64,000 nucleotides of DNA from an uncultured Acidobacteriota bacterium (GCA_963805975.1 CAWDVR010000003.1:96001-160000); one strand, 5' to 3'. Positions 38,460-48,056 are shown, counted from the first letter of the stretch. Numbers and translations: made by a program. The notes: a model not told the origin generated them from the letters alone.

Positions 38460-39257
38460 TCACGCCAGCGCTTCCGCGACGTCGGCCCAGGAGACCCCCT
38501 GCTCCGCGAGCGCCGCGTGCAGCTCGGCGAGCTGGCGGTTGATGCGGCGGTAGAGGCTCTTCTGATCGAGCGTCAGCGCGGTGGCGATCGAGCTCACGGC
38601 ACGGTCGTCGCAGAAGCGCATGCGGAGAATCAGCCGATCCTCGGCCGGCAGTGAGGACAGGGCGCGGGCGAGCGCCACCTGCACCTTCCTCGCCTGCCGT
38701 GCGTGCTCGCGGTCCCGCAGGCCGTCGTCGGCGCGCTCTCGCGCCGCCTCGCTGGCCAGGTTCAGACCGCCTTCCTCCCGGCGCCGGCCGCGGTGGGGAA
38801 GGCGCCCGGCGAGATCCAGGAGCTCCGCCTCCGAGATCGTCACCTGGTAATTGGTGACCAGCAGGGCGACGGCCTCGCGGGGGCTGTGGCCTTCACGGTA
38901 GAGGAGGCGGTCGAGGAGCACCCCCACCTTGCCGGCCCGGCGCGCCTCGGCGGACGGCCGCCACTTCCCCCACTTCTCGATGCGCCAGTCGAGGAACAGT
39001 CGGCCGACCACGGTGGTGAGGTAGGTGCGCAGCGTGCTGCCGCCGCGGAACTTGCGGAGGATCGCATAGCCGTTCTCGCACAGGCGCACGCTTGCACGCG
39101 ACTTGAACTCCTCGGCCTCCTCGGGCGCCAGCGCGTGGCGCTGGCACACCCAGCGGATGACGCTCTCGACGAGCGGCCAGTTTGACTCGAGGCGGGCCTT
39201 GAAGTGGCCCTCCTCGAGCTGTGCTTCTCCGCTCTCGGTGACCGGCTCGGCGAGCAT
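38460..39257 (-). CDS. ECF-type sigma-70 factor with extended internal region
   Basis: EAEEFKSRASVRL, LRKFRGGSTLRTYLTTVV (region 2), WGKWRPSAEARR, LPAEDRLILRMRF...SSIATAL (region 4); start uncertain. Confidence 0.85.
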   Translation of the reverse strand: MLAEPVTESGEAQLEEGHFKARLESNWPLVESVIRWVCQRHALAPEEAEEFKSRASVRLCENGYAILRKFRGGSTLRTYLTTVVGRLFLDWRIEKWGKWRPSAEARRAGKVGVLLDRLLYREGHSPREAVALLVTNYQVTISEAELLDLAGRLPHRGRRREEGGLNLASEAARERADDGLRDREHARQARKVQVALARALSSLPAEDRLILRMRFCDDRAVSSIATALTLDQKSLYRRINRQLAELHAALAEQGVSWADVAEALA

Positions 39258-39427
39258 CGCGACCTCCCCCCGCGCGGCAAGACTCGTGATTGCTTGTCTT
39301 CGGGGCTCATCACCTATAACGTCGCACTCCGCAAAAGCGAACAGGGGACGATGTCGAAGCTGGGGCAAGTGTCTTGCAGGGCCGGTGGCAGCAGCCGCGA
39401 CCTCGAGCTCCCAGTGGACGGAAAACG

Positions 39428-40084
39428 GTGAGCAGCCACTTTGTGCAGCCGCCCAGGACGGATCGGCCGCCCTTGCCGGAAGGCGAGCGGACCCTCGATG
39501 GCGAAGCATCGATCGGTTTTGCCGGCGAGTCGACGCTCGATCTCCTCGCGCGCATCCGGGTTGGTGACCGCGCAGCCCGGGACGCCCTCTGCCGGCGCCT
39601 CTACCCCCGCCTGACCCGGTTTGCCCACAGCCAGCTTCCGCCCCAGGCTCGCGATCTCAAGGAGACCGGCGACCTGGTCAACGAGGCGCTGTTCAAGACC
39701 TTCTCCAACCTCGATTCCTTCGAGCACCGCCACCAGGGCTCGCTGTTCGGCTATCTGTGCCGGGGCGTGCGCAACCAGATCAACGACGAGATCCGTCGCG
39801 TCTCCCGCCATCCGCCGCGCGAGGTGATGGCCGGCAGCGTGATCGACCACCGACCGTCGCCCGTCGAGCTGGCGATCGGCCGCGAGCAGCACGAGCTCTA
39901 CGAGCGCGCCCTCGCCCAGCTCTCGGACACCGACCGCGAGGCGATCTTCCTCAGCCTGGAGCTCGACCTGAGCAACAGGGAGATCGCCGAGGCCCTGGGC
40001 AAGCCCTCGGCCGACGCCGCCCGCATGACCGTGAACCGTGCCGTGCTCCGGCTCGGCCGGCTCCTCGAGCGTGCCGGTGTCTGA
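39428..40084 (+). CDS. ECF sigma factor associated with a Ser/Thr kinase
   Basis: STLDLLARIRVGDRAARDAL, ETGDLVNEA, LFGYL, LSDTDREAIFL...SNREIAEALGKPSADAARMTVNRAV; overlaps the kinase gene. Confidence 0.88.
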   Translation: MSSHFVQPPRTDRPPLPEGERTLDGEASIGFAGESTLDLLARIRVGDRAARDALCRRLYPRLTRFAHSQLPPQARDLKETGDLVNEALFKTFSNLDSFEHRHQGSLFGYLCRGVRNQINDEIRRVSRHPPREVMAGSVIDHRPSPVELAIGREQHELYERALAQLSDTDREAIFLSLELDLSNREIAEALGKPSADAARMTVNRAVLRLGRLLERAGV

Positions 40085-42629
40085 GCCCACCCGCGAGCCG
40101 GACGACGATCCGGCGCTGCTCGAGGTCGCCGGCTCGGTGGCGGGCGGCGAGGCGGTCGACTGGCAGGCCGCCGAGGCCCGGGCCGGCGCCGAGCGCGGCC
40201 CCGTGGTGCGGGCTCTCCATCTGATCGCGAAGATCGCCGAGGTCCACCGCAGCCTGCAGCGGACCGTGATCCTGGAGGACAGCCACTCCTTTGCGGCCCC
40301 CTCCGGGGACGCCCCGCCCATGCCGGCGCGCTGGGGCGACCTCGAGCTACTCGAGCGGGTGGGGGAGGGGGCCTCGGCCGACGTCTACCGGGCGCGGGAC
40401 ACGCGCCTCCAGCGCGAGGTCGCCTTGAAGCTCCTGCGCCGCCCGCCCAGCCGTGGCGAGACCGGCAACGAGGCCGTGCTGCGCGAAGGGCGACTGCTGG
40501 CCAAGGTGCGGCACGCGAACGTCGCCACGGTCTACGGGGTCGACGAGCACGACGGCCGGGTGGGCGTGTCCATGGAGTACGTGCGCGGCAAGACGCTCAG
40601 CCGGCTGATCGCCGAGCAGGGCCCGCAGAGCGCGCGCGAGGCGAGCGGCATCGGCATCGATCTCTGCCGGGCGCTCGCGGCGGTGCACGAGAAGGGCGTG
40701 GTGCACCGCGACCTCAAGGCGCAGAACGTGATGCGGGAGGAGGGCGGGCGGACGCTCCTGGTCGACTTCGGCATCGGCCGTGACCTCGAGGCCGAGGACG
40801 ACGGCGCGCCGTCGCTCTCCGGCACGCCGCTCTACCTGGCGCCGGAGATCTTCGACCGCCGGCCGGCCACGGCGCAGTCCGACCTCTACAGCCTGGGGGT
40901 GCTGCTCTTCTACCTGGTGACGGGCAAGTTCCCGGTGATGGGCGGCTCGCTCGCCGAGCTCCGCGCCGCACACCAGGAGGGACGGGCAGCGCTCCTCCGC
41001 GACCTGCGCCCGGACCTCCCTGCCTGGTTCGTGCAGACGGTGGAGCGGGCGCTGGAGCGCGATCCCGCGGCTCGCTTCCGCAGCGCCGGACAGATGGAGC
41101 GGGCGCTCGAGGCGGGCGCCGGGTCCGTGCGCGGTGCGGCAGTGGACGAGACCTCCAGCCGTCGCCGCGTCCTCCGCTGGCCCTGGCTCGCGGCCGCTGC
41201 TCTCGCGCTCGTCGCTGCCTCCGCCTGGTGGATCCAACTCGGCAGCCCCGGCGCCAGGGCACAGGAGCACTACGAAGTGGCGAAGCGGCGCTACGACGAC
41301 GATGATGTCCAGGGCGCGCTGGCAGCGGGTATGAAGTCTGTCGAGATCGATCCCACGAACCCCCGCACGCAGAACCTCATGGCCATGATCTATGGCGCAG
41401 CGGGCCAGCTCGACAAGGAAAAGACCGCTGCCGACCTGGCTCGCCAGTTCGCCGGCCGGTTGCCGCCGGCCGAGAGGCACGAGATTGCCGGCAACAGCCT
41501 CCTGGTGCAGCTCGATTACGAACGAGCCGCCGCGGAGTACAGCGAAGCGTTTCGGCTGGACCCCAAGGCCGAGTTCTCCCGGCGTCAGCTGGCGATGATC
41601 TACGGGAAGCTCGGCAAGCCGAGGAAGGCGGTGGAGCTGCTCGCCGGCTCGTGCAGTGGCGGCCAGGCGAACTGGGTCAGCTGTGGCGAGCTCTGCCTCG
41701 CCACAGCGCAGGACCGTGGCGTCGAGGCCGGGATCGAGCTCCTCGAATCGCTGCCCGCCGAGCTGCGGGAGACCAAGAGCAACGTTGGCTGGTCGGAGGG
41801 GGTGCTCTGGCTCGCGGCCGGCAATCTCGAACTGGCCGAGCGGTCCTTCGCGCGCCTCGCGCAGGCCGACGACACCTATGCCAGCGAAGGCTCGATGTTC
41901 CTTTCCGAGGTCGATCTCCTCCGAGGCCGCCTCCACGAGGCGAAGCAGGACCTCACCAAAGGCTTCGTGGTCGACACCCGCGGTGAGCAGGTCGTGGTGG
42001 GATGGCGCCGTCGGCTGGCCCTAGCCGAATCTGGACCTGGTGCTGAGAGAGGAGGACGAAGCGCGGCGTCAGCTGGATCAGCTCGGCGACGCTTCCCAAG
42101 GTACCCAAGGCGGCGCGGACGATCGCGCACCAGGCGCTGCTCGAGATCCAGGCCAAGAGGCTCGACCGCGCATTGACCCTCGAGCCGCGACCTCGACGGG
42201 ATGCAGCGCCTCTACGACGGCAACGCCACACTCGCCGCCTTGGCGCTCCAGGTGCGAGGGAGCCTCGCCCTCGCGCAGAATGATGCAACGAGGGCGCGCG
42301 ACGATCTCGAAGCGGCCCTGCGCTACCGGGACGAGCCCTTGATCCGAAACGAGCTAGCGCGAGCGCTCGAGAAGTTGGGGCAGGTCCGCGATGCACTGGT
42401 CATCCGCCAGGAGATCGATCGCCTGAAAGTAACCTTGCTCAATGAGAACCTCGCTCTCCTCTGGGTCACCAATCTCGCCGACCTCGCCCGCCTTCACGAG
42501 AAGCTTGGTCAGACCGAGGAGGCGACGAAGCGCTACGAGCAGTTCCTCTCGTATTGGGGCGAGAACGCCCCTGATCTACTCCTCGTGAAAGAGGCCCAGG
42601 CCGCGCTCGACAGGCTCTCCTCGAAGTAG
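40077..42629 (+). CDS. Membrane Hanks-type Ser/Thr kinase with extracytoplasmic TPRs; interrupted by three apparent +1 frameshifts near 42030, 42091 and 42182
   Basis: VGEGASADVY, VALK, HRDLKAQN, DFG, GTPLYLAPE, DLYSLG, then a TM and TPRs. The 42201-42629 ORF continues the TPR region in the original frame. Confidence 0.85.
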
Positions 42630-42846
42630 CTTTCGCCTCTTCCAAGAATTCCTTTTGTAGTTCCGTCTACTCCGCTGAACGGAGCAGAGATCGGGCGCAG
42701 TGAAGCTCGGCTCGCGGCCGTGCGGAGGATGCGCGCTCCCTTCCGGAAGCCTCCGCACGGTCGTCGGCCGGACGCCCGCGGTCTGCTCGGTACGAAGAAG
42801 AGATTCCGACAACCGAACCATGATCGCTACGCGAGAGGTATATGCC

Positions 42847-43569
42847 ATGTCCACGGGAAATCCATTCTGGGTCGTCACGGGTCGCGCCTGCTGCGACCGC
42901 GGCTTTCGCAGGGACTGTGTGGCGCGTCTGGGAGGTCGGGTCACCCCGACTCTCGCGCCCCTCCACGACGAGGTGGAACAGCTCAAGAAGCACGTGCTGG
43001 GCACACTCAGCTATCGGCTCGACAACAAGGGCCTCTACTACTTCTACGACCTCATCTTCCGCGGCCACGAGGCCGAGCCGAGCCTCGACCGCGGCCCGCT
43101 GGCGGAGCTGGGCCGGCTGGCGGCCGGCGCCAACCTCGGCCGCGAGCTCTCCGACCCCGCCCACTGGCAGCCCACCTGGGAGGTGATCGGCCTCGCCTGC
43201 ACGGACCGCATCTTCCGCGCCCAGCTCCACGAGGCCTCGGGGGAGCCGGAAGCGTTCCGCGCCGAGCTCGAGGACGGCATCCCGAGCTTCGCGGTGGGCG
43301 AGGAGTCGCGCGAGGTGCTGCGCGAGCTCTTCTCCCAGGTCGAGACCATGCAGGTCCTGCGTTCGATCCACGTGCTGGCCTGGCGCATCCCCTACGCCGA
43401 GCCGGCCGAGCGCGCGGCCTGCGAGACCGCGATCCGCCACGACGACTACGTCTTCATCCGCCAGGACGTGGCCATGGACCTCTTCCTGCTCCAGACCGCG
43501 GTCAAGCCGGGCGCCCAGCGCGATCTGCTCCAGGCCAGCCTGGACGAGAAGCTCGCCCTCGCCGCCTAG
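42847..43569 (+). CDS. Hypothetical protein with duplicated W-x-V-x-G-x-A-C-x-D-R-x-F-R motif
   Basis: GAGAGG RBS then ATG at 42847; host-like codon usage; motif copies FWVVTGRACCDRGFR and TWEVIGLACTDRIFR. Confidence 0.75.
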   Translation: MSTGNPFWVVTGRACCDRGFRRDCVARLGGRVTPTLAPLHDEVEQLKKHVLGTLSYRLDNKGLYYFYDLIFRGHEAEPSLDRGPLAELGRLAAGANLGRELSDPAHWQPTWEVIGLACTDRIFRAQLHEASGEPEAFRAELEDGIPSFAVGEESREVLRELFSQVETMQVLRSIHVLAWRIPYAEPAERAACETAIRHDDYVFIRQDVAMDLFLLQTAVKPGAQRDLLQASLDEKLALAA

Positions 43570-43695
43570 CGTGGCCCTCCAACCTCGCTCACCTCACTTC
43601 CCGCGCCGGCTCCCCTCGGGGCCCGGCGCGGCTTTCCGAGGTACCCGTGCGCCGCGCGCTAGAATCGCGCCCTGGCTTCCGAGCCCCAGCCCGCC

Positions 43696-44292
43696 ATGGA
43701 CCTCACCCCGGGCGAGACCCTCCATCGTGTCCTCGCCGGCGACCGCGCAGCCGCGGCCTGGCTCTACGACTCGTTTGCCGAGCGCCTGTTCCGCCGCCTG
43801 CGGCAGCGCTACGGCTACCTGGGCGAGCCGGAGCTCGAGGATCTGCTCCAGGAAACGTTTCTCCTGGTGCTGCGCAACCAGCGCCGGGTGCTCGCCGCCT
43901 TTCTCGATCGCCGCCCGGCGCGGCCGATCGAGAGCGGGGAGATCGAGCGCTTCCTGTGGGACGAGGCCTGCGGCCTGGCGAGCAACCGGCGGCGCTCGGC
44001 GGCGGTGCGCAAGGTGGTGCCGCTCGCCGACTACGAGGCCTCCGCGCCGTCCCGCGGCGAGTCCGAGTCGCGCGCCCTGGACCGCGACCTCCTGCTGCGG
44101 CTCGCCGCCTGCCTCAAGCAGAGCGGCGCACGGCTCTTCCTCTACTACAAGCTCCGTTTCCGCGACGGCCTGACCCCCGACGAGATCGCCACCGTCACGG
44201 GCTGGTCGCTCAAGGCCACCTACAAGCTGCGGCAGGATCTCAACCAGGCGGTGCTGCACTGCGCCGAGCGGCTGGGCCTGGTCGGAGGCTAG
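43696..44292 (+). CDS. ECF-type sigma-70 factor
   Basis: AGDRAAAAWLY, ELEDLLQETF (region 2), LRFRDGLTPDEIATVTGWSLKATY (region 4 HTH); TAGAAT -10-like box at about 43659. Confidence 0.85.
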   Translation: MDLTPGETLHRVLAGDRAAAAWLYDSFAERLFRRLRQRYGYLGEPELEDLLQETFLLVLRNQRRVLAAFLDRRPARPIESGEIERFLWDEACGLASNRRRSAAVRKVVPLADYEASAPSRGESESRALDRDLLLRLAACLKQSGARLFLYYKLRFRDGLTPDEIATVTGWSLKATYKLRQDLNQAVLHCAERLGLVGG

Positions 44293-44316
44293 TGTTCCCG
44301 AGCCACCAGATCGGAG

Positions 44317-44339
44317 TGTCATCCTGAGCGCAGCGAAGG
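44317..44339 (+). repeat. TGTC/CGTC-type REP half element
   Basis: TGTCATCCTGAGCGCAGCGAAGG resembles the widespread GTCATCCTGAGCGCAGCGAAGGATCT repeat. Confidence 0.6.
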
Positions 44340-44371
44340 CTCCCGCTCTCGGGACGCTTGCCGTCGCCGGG

Positions 44372-47179
44372 TTGCTGGCGCTCGGAGGCTGTGCCGGGGC
44401 CGGCGAGCCTCTGCCGGCGGAGGTGGCGGTCGTGCTGCGGGGCCACAGCGAGGGCGAGGTGCGCGCCGACGGTGGTGTCACCCCGCTCTACCTCAGCCCG
44501 CGGCAGCCGATCGAGCTCTGTCTCGCCGCCCCGCGGGATCTCAACACCAGCCAGTGGCAGGCGCGCCTGTGGTTCTCGGGCGGGCGCCGAGGCGCCGGGG
44601 CCTTCGTTCCGCCCACGGTGCGGGCCGGCACCACCCTCTGCTTCCGGGCCCCGGAGGCGGCGTTTGGGGTCCACCGGCTGTGCGGGGACGTGGAGAACCG
44701 GCTCGACAGCCGGCACTACCGCCTGCCGTGCCAGCCGCTCGCGGTGGCCGAGCGCCCGGCCTTCCGGGCTCTCGCGGCCGAGCGCGGCACGCTGGCCGGC
44801 TCGCTCGGCGGCGGCAGCTTCGCGGCCTGGCTGCGGGGGGCCGAGTATCTGCGCGCGCGGGCCGCGAGCCAGGGCTGCCCGTTTCTCGCCGTGGAGGTCG
44901 ACCTGGTGGTCGCCTACGTGGCGCGCCAGGCGGGAAGCGCGGCCACCCTGGCCGAGGCCCGGCAGCGCCTCGCGGCCCTGCCGCGGTGGCTCGGCGAGCC
45001 GGCGGCGAGCTGGCTCGCCGCGGCGGCGGCGCTCGAGCGGGCGAAGCTCGATCTCGCCCTGGGCGAGGCGCGAGACGCCTGGCAGGATCTGCGGCAGGCC
45101 GCGACCGGCTTCAAGCGGGTGGCCGAGCCCGAGGCCTTCACGGTCGCCATCACCCAGTCGGAGCTCCTGGCCGAGCTCGGCGCCCAGGCGGACGCCGTGG
45201 CGCTGGTGCGCGGCGAGCTGTCCGACTGTGAGCGCTTCCCTTGCGCCGTGGATCTCCTGCCCAGCCTCCAGACGCAGCTCGCCTGGCTCCTGCTCCTCGA
45301 CCCGGACGCCGGCGCCACCGAGCTGGCCGAGGCACGGGCGCAGCTCGAGCGCGCGATCGCCAGCCCGGCCTGGGAGCAGGGTCCCCTGGAGCTGGAGCTG
45401 GCCAACGGCCACATCAACCTCGCCCATGTCGTTCTGCGCCAGGGCGGCGATCCGCAGCCGGACCTCGAGCATGCGCGGCGGCTCCTGGCTGCCAACCCGA
45501 GCCCTTCGGCGCGCCGGCGCTTCCTGCTCGCCTGGGTCGAGCTCCTCGCCGGGCTCGAGCGCCTGGGCCGCGGCGACGCGGCCGGGGCGCTCGCGGCCTG
45601 CGCGCCGCTCGCCGCGGAACGGGGGACACCGCGGCTCGCAGTCTGGGGCCTGTCCTGCGTCGGTGCCGCCGAGCGCCGGCAAGGCGACCTGCTCGGCGCC
45701 CGGCGCAGCTACGCGCGGGCGCTCCTCGCCTACGAGCTGGCGAGCCCGGCCGAGCTGCGCCAGAACCTCGTCCTGGGTCCCAGCCAGCGGGCCGACGATT
45801 ACTACCAGGCGGCGCGGGTGGAGGTCGAGCTGGGGCGGCCCGAGGAAGCCTGGTCGCTCCTCGCCGGGCTCGACCGCCTCGCCGCCGACGAGCGGGAGCG
45901 CCAGTGCCGCGCGCGGGCGGAGAGCCCGGCGCTCGCCGCTCGTTGGGAGGCGGCCGACACACGGCGCTCCGAGCTCCTGGCCGAGCTGCTCGCGCTCGAG
46001 GCCCCGACCTCCCGCCAGCGGCGCCAGGAGCTCGCGCCGGTGGTGCGCGACCTCAAACGCGAGGCGCAGGAGATGGCCCGGGCGGTTCCCCGTTGCTCGG
46101 CCGCGATCGACACTCCACGCGAATCCTGGGCCGGGTTCCGTGCCGTGCCGCTTCCCGAGGAGGTTCTGCTGCTCGAGCGCACGGCCGGCGGCAGGGTCCA
46201 CCTGGCACGCCGGACGCCGCTCGCTCGCGGCGCGCTCCAGGGCCTCTCGGCCGAGGTCTCTGCCGCCCTCGACCGTCGGCAGATGGACGATGGCGAGTGG
46301 CAGCGGCTCGTAGCGCCCCTGGCCCGTGCCCTGGTGCCGCCCGCGCCGGAACGGCTGCACCCCCTGACAGCCTTCGCTCTGCACGGCGCGTTGCAGAACG
46401 TTCCCCTGGCCGCGCTGCCGGTGACGGCTAACGCGCTGCGCGGTAAGGCTCAGCGCTGGCTGGCCGATTGGACGACGCCCGTCCAGGTGCCGGCGGAAGG
46501 CGAGCGGGACGCCGGGGCAGGCGGGACCGAGACCTGGTTCCTGGTCGATCCCGGCGGCAACCTGGCCGGCGCGCGCTCCATGGTCGACACCTACCGGCGC
46601 CTGTTCCCGGCGGCGCGGGTGCTCACCGGCCGAGCGGCCACCGTCGAGGCCCTGACCGGCGGCCTCGGTCGCGCCGGCCGGCTGCACCTGGACGCCCACG
46701 GGCTCTACGACCCGGCCTTTCCGGAGCTCTCGAGCCTCGAGCTGGCGGACGGCCGGCTGATGGCGAGCGAGCTGGCGAGGCTGCCGGTGCCCCGCGAGCT
46801 GGTGAACCTCTCGGCCTGCAAGACGGGCCGCTCGCCGACCACGGCCGACAGCGGCCGGTACGGGCTCGCCGGCCTCTTCGCGCAGCGGGGCACGGCCTGG
46901 GTGGTGGCCAGCCGGGGAAACCTCGACGACGCTCTGGCGCGCGAGTTCAACCAGGCGTTCTACGCGGCGCTCGCAGCCGGCCGCGGCGTGCCCGCGAGCT
47001 ACGAGGAAGCGCTCGGTACGGTGCGCCGGCGCTGGCCCGCCGCGGCCTGGGCCGGCCTGCTGCTGCTCTCGGCCGGCCCAGGCTGCGAGGCCGCCAGGAA
47101 AGACACCGACGGGAAAAACGCCGACGGAAAAAACGACGTCGTAATGACTCCTATCTCTGTCGTAGGGGGTAGAGGATGA
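44372..47179 (+). CDS. TPR-like + CHAT (caspase-like) domain protein, probable lipoprotein; true start probably further upstream (possibly CTG at 44324)
   Basis: ALHGALQNVPLAAL, VDPGGNLAGA, LHLDAHG (catalytic His), LVNLSACKTG (catalytic Cys), FYAAL, WAGL; N-terminal hydrophobic stretch ending LGGC. Confidence 0.88.
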   Translation: MLALGGCAGAGEPLPAEVAVVLRGHSEGEVRADGGVTPLYLSPRQPIELCLAAPRDLNTSQWQARLWFSGGRRGAGAFVPPTVRAGTTLCFRAPEAAFGVHRLCGDVENRLDSRHYRLPCQPLAVAERPAFRALAAERGTLAGSLGGGSFAAWLRGAEYLRARAASQGCPFLAVEVDLVVAYVARQAGSAATLAEARQRLAALPRWLGEPAASWLAAAAALERAKLDLALGEARDAWQDLRQAATGFKRVAEPEAFTVAITQSELLAELGAQADAVALVRGELSDCERFPCAVDLLPSLQTQLAWLLLLDPDAGATELAEARAQLERAIASPAWEQGPLELELANGHINLAHVVLRQGGDPQPDLEHARRLLAANPSPSARRRFLLAWVELLAGLERLGRGDAAGALAACAPLAAERGTPRLAVWGLSCVGAAERRQGDLLGARRSYARALLAYELASPAELRQNLVLGPSQRADDYYQAARVEVELGRPEEAWSLLAGLDRLAADERERQCRARAESPALAARWEAADTRRSELLAELLALEAPTSRQRRQELAPVVRDLKREAQEMARAVPRCSAAIDTPRESWAGFRAVPLPEEVLLLERTAGGRVHLARRTPLARGALQGLSAEVSAALDRRQMDDGEWQRLVAPLARALVPPAPERLHPLTAFALHGALQNVPLAALPVTANALRGKAQRWLADWTTPVQVPAEGERDAGAGGTETWFLVDPGGNLAGARSMVDTYRRLFPAARVLTGRAATVEALTGGLGRAGRLHLDAHGLYDPAFPELSSLELADGRLMASELARLPVPRELVNLSACKTGRSPTTADSGRYGLAGLFAQRGTAWVVASRGNLDDALAREFNQAFYAALAAGRGVPASYEEALGTVRRRWPAAAWAGLLLLSAGPGCEAARKDTDGKNADGKNDVVMTPISVVGGRG

Positions 47180-48033
47180 GAGCGATCGACCCGGAAGCGC
47201 TGCTCGCGAAGCTGGCGGAGGCGGACACGGAGGATGAGGACGGGGATCTGGCGGCGGCCCACGGCGCCGCTTCGCCCTCCCCGCCCACCGCCGTCTCGCC
47301 GACGGAAGCGGTTCTCGTGGCCTACCGGGAGGATCGGCTCTCGGCCGCGGAGGCGGAGCGGATCGCGGGAGCCCTGGCGAGCGATCCCGCCTTGCGACGG
47401 CGGCTGATCGCGCTCGGCGGGATGACCCGGCCACAGCTCTCGCCGCGGGTGCGCGAGGCCGTCCTCGCGGCTGCCGGGACAGCGCCCCGGCCCGGTCTCC
47501 GACCCCGGCTGAGCCGTCGGCGTGCCGCCTGGGTGGGCGCCGCGGCTGCCGCCGCGCTCCTGGCCGTCGCGGTCTTGCCCTGGCTCCTGGGGCGGCAGGG
47601 CGGTACGCCCGCGAGACCGCTGCCCGAGTACGCGGTCGAGGTATCGGGCCTCGCCGCCGAGCGCGACGGGCCGCGCGCCGGGACCACGGCCGCGGCGCTC
47701 GCCGGCACGCGGGTCCGGATCGTCGCCACGGCGGAGGGCGAGGCCGTGGCCGGGGTGGAGTACGGGCTCTACCGGCAGGCAGGCGACCGCTTCGAGCGGC
47801 TCCCTGCCGGCGGGCCGATCCGCTTCGACGCCACGGCCGAGGCCGCGGTCTTCGAAGCCGAGGCCGCGGCCCTCGTCGGCAGGACGCCCGGCAGGCACAC
47901 TCTCTGGGTAGTGGTCGCCCGGCACGGAGAGCTGCCGGCCGGGGCGGAGCTGGCGGCCGGGGGCGACCTGGCGCGGGGCGGCTCGCACCGGATGATGCCG
48001 GTGGTGATCGTGCTCGGGGACGATCGGCAGTGA
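47176..48033 (+). CDS. Putative single-pass anti-sigma factor
   Basis: N-terminal zf-HC2-like helices (PTEAVLVAYREDRLSAAEAERI) lacking Zn ligands, a TM (AAWVGAAAAAALLAVAVLPWLL) and a beta-rich C-terminal domain; ATGA overlap with the CHAT gene. Confidence 0.7.
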   Translation: MRAIDPEALLAKLAEADTEDEDGDLAAAHGAASPSPPTAVSPTEAVLVAYREDRLSAAEAERIAGALASDPALRRRLIALGGMTRPQLSPRVREAVLAAAGTAPRPGLRPRLSRRRAAWVGAAAAAALLAVAVLPWLLGRQGGTPARPLPEYAVEVSGLAAERDGPRAGTTAAALAGTRVRIVATAEGEAVAGVEYGLYRQAGDRFERLPAGGPIRFDATAEAAVFEAEAAALVGRTPGRHTLWVVVARHGELPAGAELAAGGDLARGGSHRMMPVVIVLGDDRQ

Positions 48034-48056
48034 GAGAACGGGTAAGGAGGAGAGCC

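Noticed and set aside
39363-39378. Sigma54-like GG-N10-GC (GGGCAAGTGTCTTGCA) upstream of the kinase-linked ECF
   Set aside because: It lacks the TGGCAC -24 context and no enhancer is evident, so it is too weak to call.
42174-42176. In-frame TGA in the kinase as selenocysteine or programmed read-through
   Set aside because: The roughly 48 codons before it look like shadow-frame sequence, while the shifted frames give coherent TPR helices. Three indels explain it better.
42644-42670. ECF-like promoter GAATT...CGTCTA upstream of the 42847 gene
   Set aside because: The spacer appears 2-3 bp shorter than typical ECF -35/-10 spacing, so it cannot be supported without TSS data.
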